Positions 1-8,784 of a stretch of DNA of 60,569 nt are shown here, piece by piece. Both the position numbers and the translations under genes were made by a program. The DNA comes from Alphaproteobacteria bacterium (lineage in GTDB: Bacteria > Pseudomonadota > Alphaproteobacteria > Rickettsiales > SXRF01), in contig RFOF01000002.1 in assembly GCA_009926845.1 (NCBI GenBank), forward strand, positions 1 to 60,569. Reading direction: 5' to 3'. The notes beneath the pieces were generated by a model that was not told where the DNA came from, searched no databases, and worked only from the letters and a program-made list of their open reading frames with translations. Positions within the stretch are counted from its first letter, which is position 1, and every line of letters begins with the position of its first letter.

Positions 1-708
1 ACCTTGCTGGTAGCCGATTCGCTGACGGGGCAAGACGCGGTCAACATCGCCAAAACATTCAACGAACAGATTGGCGTCACCGGCATCATCCTCACCCGCG
101 TCGATGGCGACGGGCGTGGCGGCGCAGCGCTCTCCATGCGCTCAGTCACCGGCAAACCGATTAAATTCCTCGGCGTCGGCGAAAAGATCGACGAGTTCGA
201 AGAATTCCACCCCGACCGCATAGCAGGCCGCATCCTCGACATGGGCGACATCGTCTCGCTGGTGGAAAAAGCCGCCGAAAATGTCTCGCAAGCCGAAGCC
301 GAAGAAATGGCCAAAAAAATGATGGAGGGTCAGTTCGATTTCAACGACCTCCTCGGCCAATTGCAAAAAATGAAAAAAATGGGCGGCCTCGGCAGCATGA
401 TGAAAATGCTCCCCGGTATGGGCGCGATGAAAGAAAAACTCGAAAACGCGAATATCGACGAGCGCATGCTCGCCCGCCAGGAAGCCATCATCCTTTCGAT
501 GACGAAAAAGGAACGCATCCACCCCAAACTGATTAACGCCCAACGCCGCATCCGCATCGCCAAAGGGGCTGGCAGCACGGTTCAGGAAGTCAATAAGATA
601 CTGAAACAGCAGCAACAAATGGCTGATATGATGAAAAAAATGAAAAAACTCGGCCAAAAAGGCATGATGCGAGGCGGATTGTCACAACTCATGGGCGGCC
701 TTCGTTAA
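1..708 (+). CDS. ffh: Signal recognition particle protein Ffh, C-terminal part (5' end lies outside the window)
   Basis: Frame 1 is open from nt 1. The translation ...GVTGIILTRVDGDGRGGAALSMRSVTGKPIKFLGVGEKIDEFEEFHPDRIAGRILDMGD... plus a Met-rich M-domain tail (MKKMGGLGSMMKMLPGMG) is typical of Ffh. Confidence 0.95.
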   Translation, partial: TLLVADSLTGQDAVNIAKTFNEQIGVTGIILTRVDGDGRGGAALSMRSVTGKPIKFLGVGEKIDEFEEFHPDRIAGRILDMGDIVSLVEKAAENVSQAEAEEMAKKMMEGQFDFNDLLGQLQKMKKMGGLGSMMKMLPGMGAMKEKLENANIDERMLARQEAIILSMTKKERIHPKLINAQRRIRIAKGAGSTVQEVNKILKQQQQMADMMKKMKKLGQKGMMRGGLSQLMGGLR

Positions 709-869
709 CCCATTGTTTTTCTTGTCATGCCAGACGCCAGTTTTGTCCGCGAGCAGCGCGAGTGGTCACAAAACTGAGTGATGTGGCATCCAGCTTAATA
801 ACTTCTGGATTCCCGCCCAAATTATAATTTTGGCGGGAATGACAACACGACATTCATTAACCCATTGTT
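705..869. mobile_element. MITE-like composite palindromic element (about 718-856) flanked by 13-bp direct repeats TTAACCCATTGTT (705-717 and 857-869)
   Basis: The left end TTGTCATGCC and the right end GGGAATGACAA form inverted termini. Two internal long hairpins are visible: gtcatgcc...ggcatcc (724-791) and ggattcccgcc...ggcgggaatgac (807-843). The first direct repeat includes the ffh stop codon. Confidence 0.5.
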
Positions 870-997
870 ATACAATAAATAGTATATTACAGCCATTGTC
901 ACATTTCCAAAACCCGCTGTCATACAATCTTCATTATGCATTTGGCGCGTTTTCTGGCAGAATGAGACTAGATTAAACAAGGATACACGAGCCCTTT

Positions 998-2854
998 ATG
1001 GCTGATGAACAAAAAAACACAGTGACACCCGCCACAAATACAGAGGCTACAGCCGCAATTACTGCGCTTGCCAAGAAGCGTGAGGCTGAAGAAAAAGAGC
1101 GCGCGAAGGCTACTCCAGCGCCCCTTGTCACTATTAATCCTATTGCCCAACAAACCATGAAAGCGCAAGGGCTGTATGAAGCTCACGTTCATGGTCGCTA
1201 TAAAGAGCAGGCAACAAAGATGGCTGAGACAGCAAGCAAGTGGACTTGGGGCAAAGGTGGGGAACAGATTATATCAGAAGATACTGCAAAATCCACCATT
1301 CCACTTGTCGCTGGTGCACTTGTCGCTGGCGCGGGTATGTTGCTTTTTGAACCCATCAACAAAGCAACCAAATTTGTTTTCAACCTGCCCAAAAAACTTA
1401 TCGAAGGCACGGGTCTAAACAAAATTCCACTTATAGGCGGCGCGTTACAGTGGATCGCTGATGGCATTTCCACTATTGGTGAATATGCGGCCTACGGCGT
1501 CGTCGCTCTCGCTGGCTTCATTGGCTATTCAATGTTTGATGCGAGCAAAGCTGCTCCACTGCCTGAAAGCGCCAAAACAGGTATGGGCGGCACAAGTGTA
1601 ACTCCTACCGCCGCACCCACCACAACAGTGACGGTCACCGACCCAAAAGGCAACGAATTAACAAGGGCTGAAAAAGTGCCAACGGGTGTTGCAGCAGTAA
1701 CTCCACTTGCACCAAACCAAGCAGAAATTGTTGCGGCTCTAGGCCTTACTGGCGCAAGTGTCAGCGCAGCTGCCGCCGCTCGCCAAGAAGCAATTAACAA
1801 AAAACTCTCTGATGTTGATGGTGCATTGAAGGAATATATAAAGAATCAGCAACAATCATACGCCAATGGTCGTGATTTTGCCGAAAAAGCCGAGGAATTC
1901 ACCAAAACAAATAGACAGCCTCTGGTAGATGCCCTTGTTAAATTGGGACTTTCGCCAACAACAGCTCAGGCTTTTGTCCCCGTCCCTCCCAAAGTGCGCC
2001 CAACAATCAATGAAGATGGGACAGACTTCCCACCAGAACTTGTGAATTTTGCCAAGAAATTTGAGGAAACATATTTAGAGGCGTATCCAAAAATTCTTCA
2101 TAAGGAAGGCAACTCAGAAGTCCCACTATTCAAAATGAAAAGATGGGATCAATTGAACTTCTCCGAGCGCGAGGAGTTTTTAGCAAAGGCTGTTTCATTC
2201 ACAGAAACACGTTTTGATGAATTAAAAAAACAAATCCCTGTTGAACACTCTGGTTATACCACTGGAGCTCATGGTGTGGCCGGTTATACGACTTCACAAA
2301 GTTATTATAATTACAAAATTCCACCCTCATCATGGTGGGATAGAACATTCTCTTCTGAAAAAAGCTGGGAAGACAGGAAAAGTCCTTACCTTGACGATTT
2401 GCGCAAGGAGCATCAATTTTATTTAAATACATATGACATGAACCCTCATAGCTCATCCGTTACTACGAATGGACAAACAATTGAAATCACTTCATTGCCA
2501 AAGGAAGGCAATATCAAAGCTCTCCTTACTCAATGGCAGCAAAACAAGAAAATGGCCGATGAGCATAGAAAAACTATGCAAGAGAGCGTGCCAATGATGG
2601 ATCAGTTTGGTGAGCAGGTGAAACAAATGCAACAGCAACTTGCCAAAATCAAAGATGGCTCGCTAGTTGTGCAAGAGGGAAAACTGGTAGAGCCACCTAA
2701 AAAGGAAGTTGAAGCCGCTCCTGTAAAGCCTGCTCCCACAAAACCCACTGCTGCGAACACGCTACTGCAAGAAACACAGACCAATGTTTTAGAGCCAGTT
2801 ATGCCGAGCACCCCCAAACAGCTTCCCAATGGGTTGGATCCGCGTTACGTCTAA
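998..2854 (+). CDS. Hypothetical 618-aa protein with clustered hydrophobic segments (about aa 100-180) and a Pro/Lys/Gln-rich tail; no family recognised
   Basis: Long uninterrupted ORF. Hydrophobic stretches IPLVAGALVAGAGMLLF and YAAYGVVALAGFIGYSMF are present. It is AT-richer than its neighbours and sits between ffh and rpsP. Confidence 0.6.
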   Translation: MADEQKNTVTPATNTEATAAITALAKKREAEEKERAKATPAPLVTINPIAQQTMKAQGLYEAHVHGRYKEQATKMAETASKWTWGKGGEQIISEDTAKSTIPLVAGALVAGAGMLLFEPINKATKFVFNLPKKLIEGTGLNKIPLIGGALQWIADGISTIGEYAAYGVVALAGFIGYSMFDASKAAPLPESAKTGMGGTSVTPTAAPTTTVTVTDPKGNELTRAEKVPTGVAAVTPLAPNQAEIVAALGLTGASVSAAAAARQEAINKKLSDVDGALKEYIKNQQQSYANGRDFAEKAEEFTKTNRQPLVDALVKLGLSPTTAQAFVPVPPKVRPTINEDGTDFPPELVNFAKKFEETYLEAYPKILHKEGNSEVPLFKMKRWDQLNFSEREEFLAKAVSFTETRFDELKKQIPVEHSGYTTGAHGVAGYTTSQSYYNYKIPPSSWWDRTFSSEKSWEDRKSPYLDDLRKEHQFYLNTYDMNPHSSSVTTNGQTIEITSLPKEGNIKALLTQWQQNKKMADEHRKTMQESVPMMDQFGEQVKQMQQQLAKIKDGSLVVQEGKLVEPPKKEVEAAPVKPAPTKPTAANTLLQETQTNVLEPVMPSTPKQLPNGLDPRYV

Positions 2855-3035
2855 ACCACCTCCAAATCCGCCCCCAAAAACGGGAAATTTCCTGCGAAAA
2901 ACAGCGAAATTTTGCGAAAAAAGCCCAAATTTTTGCCTCATTTTTTGGGTTTGGGGGCGCATTTTTCCCTTTACGGGGGCTTTTTCGGGTGCTATAAAGC
3001 GCGTCCCTAAAAACTTTTCAGACCTAAAGGATCCT

Positions 3036-3362
3036 ATGTCAACGACCATTCGCCTCTCTCGCGCCGGCACCAAAAAACGCCCGTATTATCACATTGTTGT
3101 AACCAATTCCCGCAGCCCGCGTGACAGCAAATTCATCGAAAAAATCGGCACCTACAACCCGCTGCTGAACGATGAGAGCGAAAAACGCATCACCATCAAC
3201 ACCGAGCGCGCAAAACATTGGCTCTCCGTTGGCGCACAGATGAGCGATCGCGTGCATGTGTTCTTCAACAAAACCGGCCTCGTTGCCACCAAGCCAGCGC
3301 ACAAGCCAGCCCGCAAATCCAAGAAGGACAAGGGCGAAGCGGCTGAAGCCGCTGCGGCGTAA
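3036..3362 (+). CDS. rpsP: 30S ribosomal protein S16
   Basis: MSTTIRLSRAGTKKRPYYHIVVTNSRSPRDSKFIEKIGTYNPLL... is the canonical S16 N-terminus. The upstream part of ORF 2829..3362 is treated as a non-coding extension. Confidence 0.95.
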   Translation: MSTTIRLSRAGTKKRPYYHIVVTNSRSPRDSKFIEKIGTYNPLLNDESEKRITINTERAKHWLSVGAQMSDRVHVFFNKTGLVATKPAHKPARKSKKDKGEAAEAAAA

Positions 3363-3368
3363 GCTATT

Positions 3369-3420
3369 GTCATTCCTGCGAAAGCAGGAATCCAGATGCC
3401 AGCTTTTGCTGGCATAACGA
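3369..3420. repeat. GTCAT-hairpin-ATCC palindromic module plus a second hairpin, in the rpsP-rimM spacer
   Basis: gtcattcctgcgaaagcaggaatcc (3369-3393) is followed by agatgccagcttttgctggcat. The same module type recurs at many intergenic sites in the window. Confidence 0.7.
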
Positions 3421-3422
3421 AT

Positions 3423-3935
3423 ATGAAAAATGACCTTATCAAAATTGGAATTTTTGGCCCGGCGCATGGCGTCCGCGGCCAAATTTCTTTGCGCAGCTTT
3501 ACCGACAATCCAAAAGACATTCTCGCCTACACACTCACCGACGCCACCGGCGCGCGCCAATACACGCTTAAATGCGACGGCGTGAAGGGCAAGGATTTGA
3601 TCGTGAGCGTGGATGGCATCGCCGATCGCAATGCTGCTGAATCCCTCAAAAATACAGCGGTTTACGCGCCCGAGTCCGTCCTCCCCGAAGCATCTGACGA
3701 TGAATTCTACCACAGCCAACTCGTCGGCATGCGCGCACTCACAACGGATGGAAAAGCCTATGGAACCGTCCTTGCCGTGCACAACTATGGCGCGGGGGAT
3801 ATTCTGGAATTTGAGCTAGCCGGCGGCGGAAACGAAATGCTGCCCTTCAAAGATGCATTCATCGGCGAAATTGATAGAAAAAAACGAACTATCGTTGTGT
3901 TCCCACCGTATTATGTGGAGGCGAAGGAAGGCTAA
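3423..3935 (+). CDS. rimM: 16S rRNA processing protein RimM
   Basis: MKNDLIKIGIFGPAHGVRGQISLRSFTDNP... and the position directly after rpsP fit RimM. Start chosen at the Met matching the family N-terminus. Confidence 0.9.
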   Translation: MKNDLIKIGIFGPAHGVRGQISLRSFTDNPKDILAYTLTDATGARQYTLKCDGVKGKDLIVSVDGIADRNAAESLKNTAVYAPESVLPEASDDEFYHSQLVGMRALTTDGKAYGTVLAVHNYGAGDILEFELAGGGNEMLPFKDAFIGEIDRKKRTIVVFPPYYVEAKEG

Positions 3936-5248
3936 CGGGATTTAAGCCTTCCAACGCCATGCTGCTCGACAAGATGTTGTCGAATTCTGTGACAAAACCC
4001 CGGCCTTTGCTCGGATAATGGCACATCTTCTCTTTGTCGTTTTTCACCCTCAGGCAAAAGATTGATATGATCTTTAGAAAAATGCTCACCAGCAACAACC
4101 GCTCGGTTTGCCTCTTGAAATTCTCCTGGACTCACGCCTGATATCAATGCTTGTGGATAAAGCGCAGCAGATGAATTTCCTTGCTGTAAAGTACGCTCTG
4201 TTTCAAAATTGTCAAATGCATTTTCAAGCTGTTTATCGTCCAGCACGCCTTTTATTTTTCCTTTTTCAAGTCCCCGTGATGCTAGGTGTGCGTCTTGCGC
4301 GGCTTCATAATCAATTTTCTCAGCGGCCGGAATCTTCGGAAGCGAATTAAAATGGTCTATACAGAATTGTCCAACTCTACAAATCTCACTTTCAAACTCA
4401 GGGAGTACATATCCAGAATCATCAAAAGCATTACCAATCTCAGGAAATGATTTTTTTAAATTGGGTACACACTTTGTATTGTAACAACGCCGCCCAAATT
4501 CTAATTTCTGCGCATTTGTTGCCTTGTCCACATCGACCACGGCTCCCGGATCCAAAATAATAGGGACGTTCTTTTTATTTTTGTCTTTGATAATCGCAAT
4601 ATTACTAAAGGATGGATCAAAAAACAATTTTCCCCTCTGCAGATTGTCACGTACCAATTGGCTAATGAATGATCGAACTAATGACTCGGCATCCGCCACC
4701 TCCGATATCCCGTATTCTTTGGCAACATCAGAAAAATCAATCAGCTGTTTTAATGTATGTACCTTGGGCAAAATCTCTATCCAATAACCAGCCACAGTCG
4801 TGCTAACAATGGGTTGCAAAACATCTGGGCTATCAGGACGTGGGGGTTCTCTATATTGCTCTGGCAGACCAGAGGAATTCTTTGTAGCAATGCGAATCAT
4901 TAGATTGCTATTGGCCGCCGCTACAACAGCATACCCACCAGCCATTGTGTCCTTAGAAAGCCGCCTAAAACCAATGGACTCCAAGTGCTTAAGTAGCAAT
5001 TGAAACCCCTCTAAATCTATATACATCATTTGAGCAGCCAAAGAGCCGTGATGCCGCTGCGAAGCAGATGCCAAAACTTCACGCGGCGAACGAAATTTTG
5101 AATAATCGGGCTGATCCAAGGCTAATCCACTTTTACACTTTTCATTTACCCCCCCAGAGGGTATCTTCCATCTCCTATTGTAACCTACCCAATTCGTATG
5201 TTGAGCGAATTTTTGTGAAGTTTTTGTGAAGTTATTGTGACAAGCCAT
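3932..5248 (-). CDS. Hypothetical protein with atypical protein-kinase-like motifs, antisense insert between rimM and trmD
   Basis: The ORF is open 3932..5413. The Met at 5248 is the first start that does not run through trmD. Motifs [11 protein letters not shown] (D-x4-N, catalytic-loop-like) and [11 protein letters not shown] (DFG-like D-P-G) are visible. Counted lines are about 30-48% GC. Confidence 0.55.
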   Translation of the reverse strand: MACHNNFTKTSQKFAQHTNWVGYNRRWKIPSGGVNEKCKSGLALDQPDYSKFRSPREVLASASQRHHGSLAAQMMYIDLEGFQLLLKHLESIGFRRLSKDTMAGGYAVVAAANSNLMIRIATKNSSGLPEQYREPPRPDSPDVLQPIVSTTVAGYWIEILPKVHTLKQLIDFSDVAKEYGISEVADAESLVRSFISQLVRDNLQRGKLFFDPSFSNIAIIKDKNKKNVPIILDPGAVVDVDKATNAQKLEFGRRCYNTKCVPNLKKSFPEIGNAFDDSGYVLPEFESEICRVGQFCIDHFNSLPKIPAAEKIDYEAAQDAHLASRGLEKGKIKGVLDDKQLENAFDNFETERTLQQGNSSAALYPQALISGVSPGEFQEANRAVVAGEHFSKDHINLLPEGEKRQREDVPLSEQRPGFCHRIRQHLVEQHGVGRLKSR

Positions 5249-6056
5249 GCCAGACCCTAAAACCCCCCTCTTCTCCGCTATTTGCCTGACGCTGTTTCCG
5301 GAAATGTTTCCGGCGACGCTTGGGCATTCACTGGCGGGTAAGGCGTTGGAAAAAGGTATTTGGTCACTGCAAGCAATTGATATCCGTGAATTTTCAACCG
5401 ACAAGCACCGCACGGTGGATGCGTCCCCTTATGGCGGCGGCACGGGCATGGTTCTGCGCCCCGATGTGGTGGATGCGGCGGTGGAACATGCTTTGAGCAT
5501 CCTCTCCCCATGGGAGAGGAGCGGCGCAAGCCAAGGTGAGGGCTGCCCTCAGAGCCAAATTAGCCCTCACCCTAACCCTCTCCCAGAGGGAGAGGGAAAA
5601 AGGCCCATCATTTTCTACACTTCTCCGCGCGGTGAGCCCATCACCCAGAAACTCGCAGAAGAAATTAAAAATCAGCAGGTTATTATTGTCTGCGGGCGCT
5701 TTGAAGGGCTTGACCAGCGCGCCATCGACCACCACCAGATGCGCGAGATAAGTTTGGGTGATTTTGTGCTTTCGGGCGGAGAAATCGCCGCGCTCGCGCT
5801 GATAGACGCGGCGGTGCGCCTGCTGCCGGGGGTGATTTCCAAAGAATCGGCCACCGATGAAGAAAGTTTCGCGTGCCATACAGATTATGCTGGACTGCTG
5901 GAATATCCGCATTATACTCGTCCCCCTGTTTGGAAGGGAATGGAAGTGCCTGAAGTGCTTCTTTCCGGCAACCATGAACACATCAATAAGTGGCGGCTTG
6001 AGCAGGCTAAAATGATTACGAAGGCTCGCCGCCCCGACTTGGTAAAGAAGACATAA
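5247..6056 (+). CDS. trmD: tRNA (guanine37-N1)-methyltransferase TrmD carrying an in-frame repeat-derived insertion
   Basis: [22 protein letters not shown]...[22 protein letters not shown]...[16 protein letters not shown]...[22 protein letters not shown]...PHYTRP...[13 protein letters not shown] matches TrmD. An extra segment of about 34 aa ([34 protein letters not shown]) is present. Confidence 0.93.
   Translation: MPDPKTPLFSAICLTLFPEMFPATLGHSLAGKALEKGIWSLQAIDIREFSTDKHRTVDASPYGGGTGMVLRPDVVDAAVEHALSILSPWERSGASQGEGCPQSQISPHPNPLPEGEGKRPIIFYTSPRGEPITQKLAEEIKNQQVIIVCGRFEGLDQRAIDHHQMREISLGDFVLSGGEIAALALIDAAVRLLPGVISKESATDEESFACHTDYAGLLEYPHYTRPPVWKGMEVPEVLLSGNHEHINKWRLEQAKMITKARRPDLVKKT
5500..5597. 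repeat. Composite palindromic element of about 100 nt (three hairpins) inserted in frame in trmD
   Basis: The three hairpins are tcctctccccatgggagagga, ggtgagggct...agccctcacc and ccctctcccagagggagaggg. The 3' 35 nt (5563-5597) are identical to 11009-11043 in meaB. Confidence 0.8.
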
Positions 6057-6074
6057 AACATAAGGAATAGAACA

Positions 6075-6455
6075 ATGAACCTGCTGCAAAAAATCGAACA
6101 AGACAACATGGCAAAACTGTCCGAAGGCAAGCGCCTCGACAACTTTGCACAAGGCGACACCGTGCGTGTGAACGTGCGCATCGTCGAAGGCAACACCGAG
6201 CGTGTTCAGGCGTTCGAAGGCATCTGCATCGGCAAGAAAAATGCCGGTATGCGCTCCGCATTCACCGTTCGCAAAATCAGCCACGGCGAAGGCGTTGAAC
6301 GCGTATTCCCACTCTACTCGCCACGCCTTGAAAGCGTTGAACTCGTTCGCAAAGGCGAAGTGCGCCGCGCGAAACTGTACTATCTGCGTGGCCTCACCGG
6401 TAAAGCTGCTCGCATTACCGAAAAACGTGACGTTGTTGCAAAAACAGCTGAGTAG
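6075..6455 (+). CDS. rplS: 50S ribosomal protein L19
   Basis: [15 protein letters not shown]...[57 protein letters not shown] is canonical L19. Confidence 0.95.
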   Translation: MNLLQKIEQDNMAKLSEGKRLDNFAQGDTVRVNVRIVEGNTERVQAFEGICIGKKNAGMRSAFTVRKISHGEGVERVFPLYSPRLESVELVRKGEVRRAKLYYLRGLTGKAARITEKRDVVAKTAE

Positions 6456-6473
6456 TCCTCTTCTTTCATCTTT

Positions 6474-6556
6474 AGATAACCAGATGACCGGATAACCGGA
6501 TGACCCGATTTTTCCTTGGTCATCTGGTCATCTTATTATCTGGTCATCTCTTATGA
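6474..6556 (+). promoter_or_regulatory. Candidate leu leader: iterated GATAACC(A/G)GATGACC / GGTCATCTGG motifs in both orientations, plus an 18-codon Leu-rich uORF (6500..6556) overlapping the leuC ATG
   Basis: The uORF atg acc cga ttt ttc ctt ggt cat ctg gtc atc tta tta tct ggt cat ctc tta tga encodes [18 protein letters not shown], with 6 Leu in 18 codons. Its TGA overlaps the leuC ATG as ATGA. ccagatgacc (6480-6489) can pair with ggtcatctgg (6518-6527). Confidence 0.4.
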
Positions 6557-7938
6557 AAACCCTCTACGACAAAATCTTTGAATCCCATCTGGTTTCCAGC
6601 CAAGACGACGGCACCTGCCTCCTCTATATCGACCGTCACCTCATCCATGAAGTGACCAGCCCGCAGGCGTTTGAAGGCCTGCGCGTGGCGGGTCGCAAGG
6701 TGCGCCGCCCGGATGCAACGCTGGCTGTGCCCGATCACAACGTGCCGACCACACCAGAGCGCAAGCAAGGCATCATTAAAGATGAAACATCGCGCATTCA
6801 AGTGCAGACGCTGGCCGACAACGCCAAAGAATTCGGCATCACCCATTATGCGATGGATGATAAACGCCAAGGCATCGTGCATATCGTTGGCCCCGAGCAA
6901 GGCTTCACCCAACCAGGCATGACGATTGTGTGTGGCGATTCGCACACCAGCACGCACGGCGCATTTGGCGCACTCGCCTTTGGCATCGGAACATCAGAAG
7001 TGGAGCACGTGCTCGCCACCCAAACCCTCATCCAGCGCCACGCGAAAAACATGCTGGTGCGCATCGACGGGAAACTCGGCGCAGGCGTCACCGCTAAAGA
7101 CATCACCCTCGCCGTCATTGGCCGCATCGGCACCGCTGGCGGCACCGGCTACGTCATCGAATACGCGGGCGAAGCGATTCGCGGCCTTTCCATGGAAGGG
7201 CGCATGACCGTGTGCAACATGAGCATTGAAGCTGGCGCGCGCGCTGGCCTCATCGCACCTGATGACATCACCTTTGAATACCTCAAAGGTCGCCCACAAG
7301 CGCCACAAGGCGCTGATTGGGACAAGGCGGTCGCTTATTGGAAAACCCTGCCGTCTGACGCAGGCGCGAAATATGACGCCGAGATTGTCATCAACGCCGC
7401 TGACATCGCGCCACAAGTGACCTGGGGCACATCGCCTGAAGACGTTCTGCCGATTACCGCAGTGGTGCCAAACGGCGACACACCAACCAAAGCGCGCGCG
7501 CTAGAATATATGGGGCTGACCGCAGGCATGAAACTCACCGACATCCAAATCGACAAGGTGTTCATCGGCTCTTGCACCAATGGCCGCATTGAAGATTTGC
7601 GCGCTGCCGCCGTTCTCGCTAAAGGCCGTAAAGTGGCTGCTAATGTAAAGCTTGCTATGGTTGTTCCCGGCTCTGGCCTCGTCAAAGAACAAGCAGAAAA
7701 AGAAGGCCTCGATAAAATCTTCCTCGAGGCTGGTTTTGAATGGCGCGAGCCTGGTTGCTCGATGTGCCTTGCCATGAACGCCGACAAGCTGGAAGATGGC
7801 GAGCGCTGCGCATCCACCTCTAACCGCAACTTCGAAGGCCGCCAAGGCCGCGGTGGGCGCACCCACCTCGTCTCCCCCGCAATGGCCGTTGCCGCTGCGG
7901 TGACCGGGCATTTAGCGGATGTTCGCGAACTGAAGTAG
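6553..7938 (+). CDS. leuC: 3-isopropylmalate dehydratase large subunit
   Basis: [14 protein letters not shown]...[20 protein letters not shown]...[34 protein letters not shown]...[12 protein letters not shown]...CSMCLAMN matches aconitase-family LeuC. Confidence 0.97.
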   Translation: MKTLYDKIFESHLVSSQDDGTCLLYIDRHLIHEVTSPQAFEGLRVAGRKVRRPDATLAVPDHNVPTTPERKQGIIKDETSRIQVQTLADNAKEFGITHYAMDDKRQGIVHIVGPEQGFTQPGMTIVCGDSHTSTHGAFGALAFGIGTSEVEHVLATQTLIQRHAKNMLVRIDGKLGAGVTAKDITLAVIGRIGTAGGTGYVIEYAGEAIRGLSMEGRMTVCNMSIEAGARAGLIAPDDITFEYLKGRPQAPQGADWDKAVAYWKTLPSDAGAKYDAEIVINAADIAPQVTWGTSPEDVLPITAVVPNGDTPTKARALEYMGLTAGMKLTDIQIDKVFIGSCTNGRIEDLRAAAVLAKGRKVAANVKLAMVVPGSGLVKEQAEKEGLDKIFLEAGFEWREPGCSMCLAMNADKLEDGERCASTSNRNFEGRQGRGGRTHLVSPAMAVAAAVTGHLADVRELK

Positions 7939-8180
7939 TGCCGACGGTTCTGCTGTGGCACGGTTACAGGTTTCACTTTTTCAGTCATGAAGGAACAGAA
8001 CCACCGCATATACATGTCAGCAAAGACGGTTGTGAGGCTAAATTCTGGCTTAAAGATGGTTCACTTGCAATGAATCAAGATTTTAGGCAGAATGAGCTTA
8101 GAAAGATGCAGGAAATTATAATAGAAAATAAATACATATTTTTGGAGCGCTGGAATGAGCACCTCAAACGCCAAGATTAA
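7938..8180 (+). CDS. DUF4160-family small protein
   Basis: The GTG start overlaps the last nt of the leuC stop. MPTVLLWHGYRFHFFSHEGTEPPHIHV matches the DUF4160 N-terminal signature as I remember it. Confidence 0.8.
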   Translation: MPTVLLWHGYRFHFFSHEGTEPPHIHVSKDGCEAKFWLKDGSLAMNQDFRQNELRKMQEIIIENKYIFLERWNEHLKRQD

Positions 8181-8448
8181 AAAAATCTTTTTCCGCAAAG
8201 GTATTATGACGGTAGTCATGCCAGACGGCCTAAAAATTCGTGTGCCCATTGAATGGTATCCACGACTTCAGCGCGCCACTTCCAAGCAACGCAATAATTG
8301 GCAAGTTCTAGGTAGGAATTACGGTATCCATTGGCCCGATATTGATGAGGATTTAAGCATTGATGGATTGACGAAAGGTCAGCCATCACCCGCATATCGA
8401 AAGCCACGCAAAACCACCAAATCCCATCAGCCAGAACTTCGGGCGTGA
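8155..8448 (+). CDS. DUF2442-family small protein (usual partner of DUF4160)
   Basis: ...DGLKIRVPIEWYPRLQRATSKQRNNWQVLGRNYGIHWPDIDEDLSIDGL fits the DUF2442 pattern. It overlaps the preceding gene by 26 nt. Confidence 0.8.
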   Translation: MSTSNAKIKKIFFRKGIMTVVMPDGLKIRVPIEWYPRLQRATSKQRNNWQVLGRNYGIHWPDIDEDLSIDGLTKGQPSPAYRKPRKTTKSHQPELRA

Positions 8449-8473
8449 TACAAGTCAACGGCAATGAGAAAAC

Positions 8474-8776
8474 ATGCTCCATTTTACCGTTATTCCTTTT
8501 AGTCGAAACAAGCTCCACATGGTCAAAGTGGTGATTCGGGCGACGCATGAGCTCGGCAAAAAAAATGACCCCAAGCAGGAACTGTTCGACATGAAAAATA
8601 AATTGCAGCACATCATCCCCGGCAGCGTGCAGGCGAAATATGTGCTGACCAATGATGATCTGTCGATCACGATGCAGTCGAATACCCCATCAAAAGCCAT
8701 CACATTTGCTGCAAAAGTTCCGCAATATATTGACGACGCGGCCCATTCTTTGCACTACAAAGTCAGAAACGGTTAG
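8474..8776 (+). CDS. Hypothetical 100-aa protein
   Basis: It fills the gap between the DUF2442 gene and leuD on the same strand. No recognisable motif. Confidence 0.4.
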   Translation: MLHFTVIPFSRNKLHMVKVVIRATHELGKKNDPKQELFDMKNKLQHIIPGSVQAKYVLTNDDLSITMQSNTPSKAITFAAKVPQYIDDAAHSLHYKVRNG

Positions 8777-8784
8777 GAGACCTT

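Noticed and set aside
2829-3035. N-terminal extensions offered by the ORF track (rpsP from 2829, zapE from 30864, dapF from 26777, rpmB from 36331, rimM from 3396, the rimM-trmD insert ORF from 5413)
   Set aside because: The extensions run through repeats or neighbouring genes and lack family similarity. Internal Met codons reproduce the canonical family N-termini.
5394-6284. Long antisense ORFs over conserved genes (e.g. 5394..6284 -, 3039..3782 -, 7335..8015 -, 9286..9828 -, 31644..32174 -, 35128..35637 -, 142..657 -)
   Set aside because: Each lies opposite a gene with unmistakable family motifs (trmD/rplS, rpsP/rimM, leuC, leuB, zapE, cobT, ffh). High GC suppresses stop codons on the opposite strand, and the translations are low-complexity Arg/Ala/Gly-rich with no motifs.
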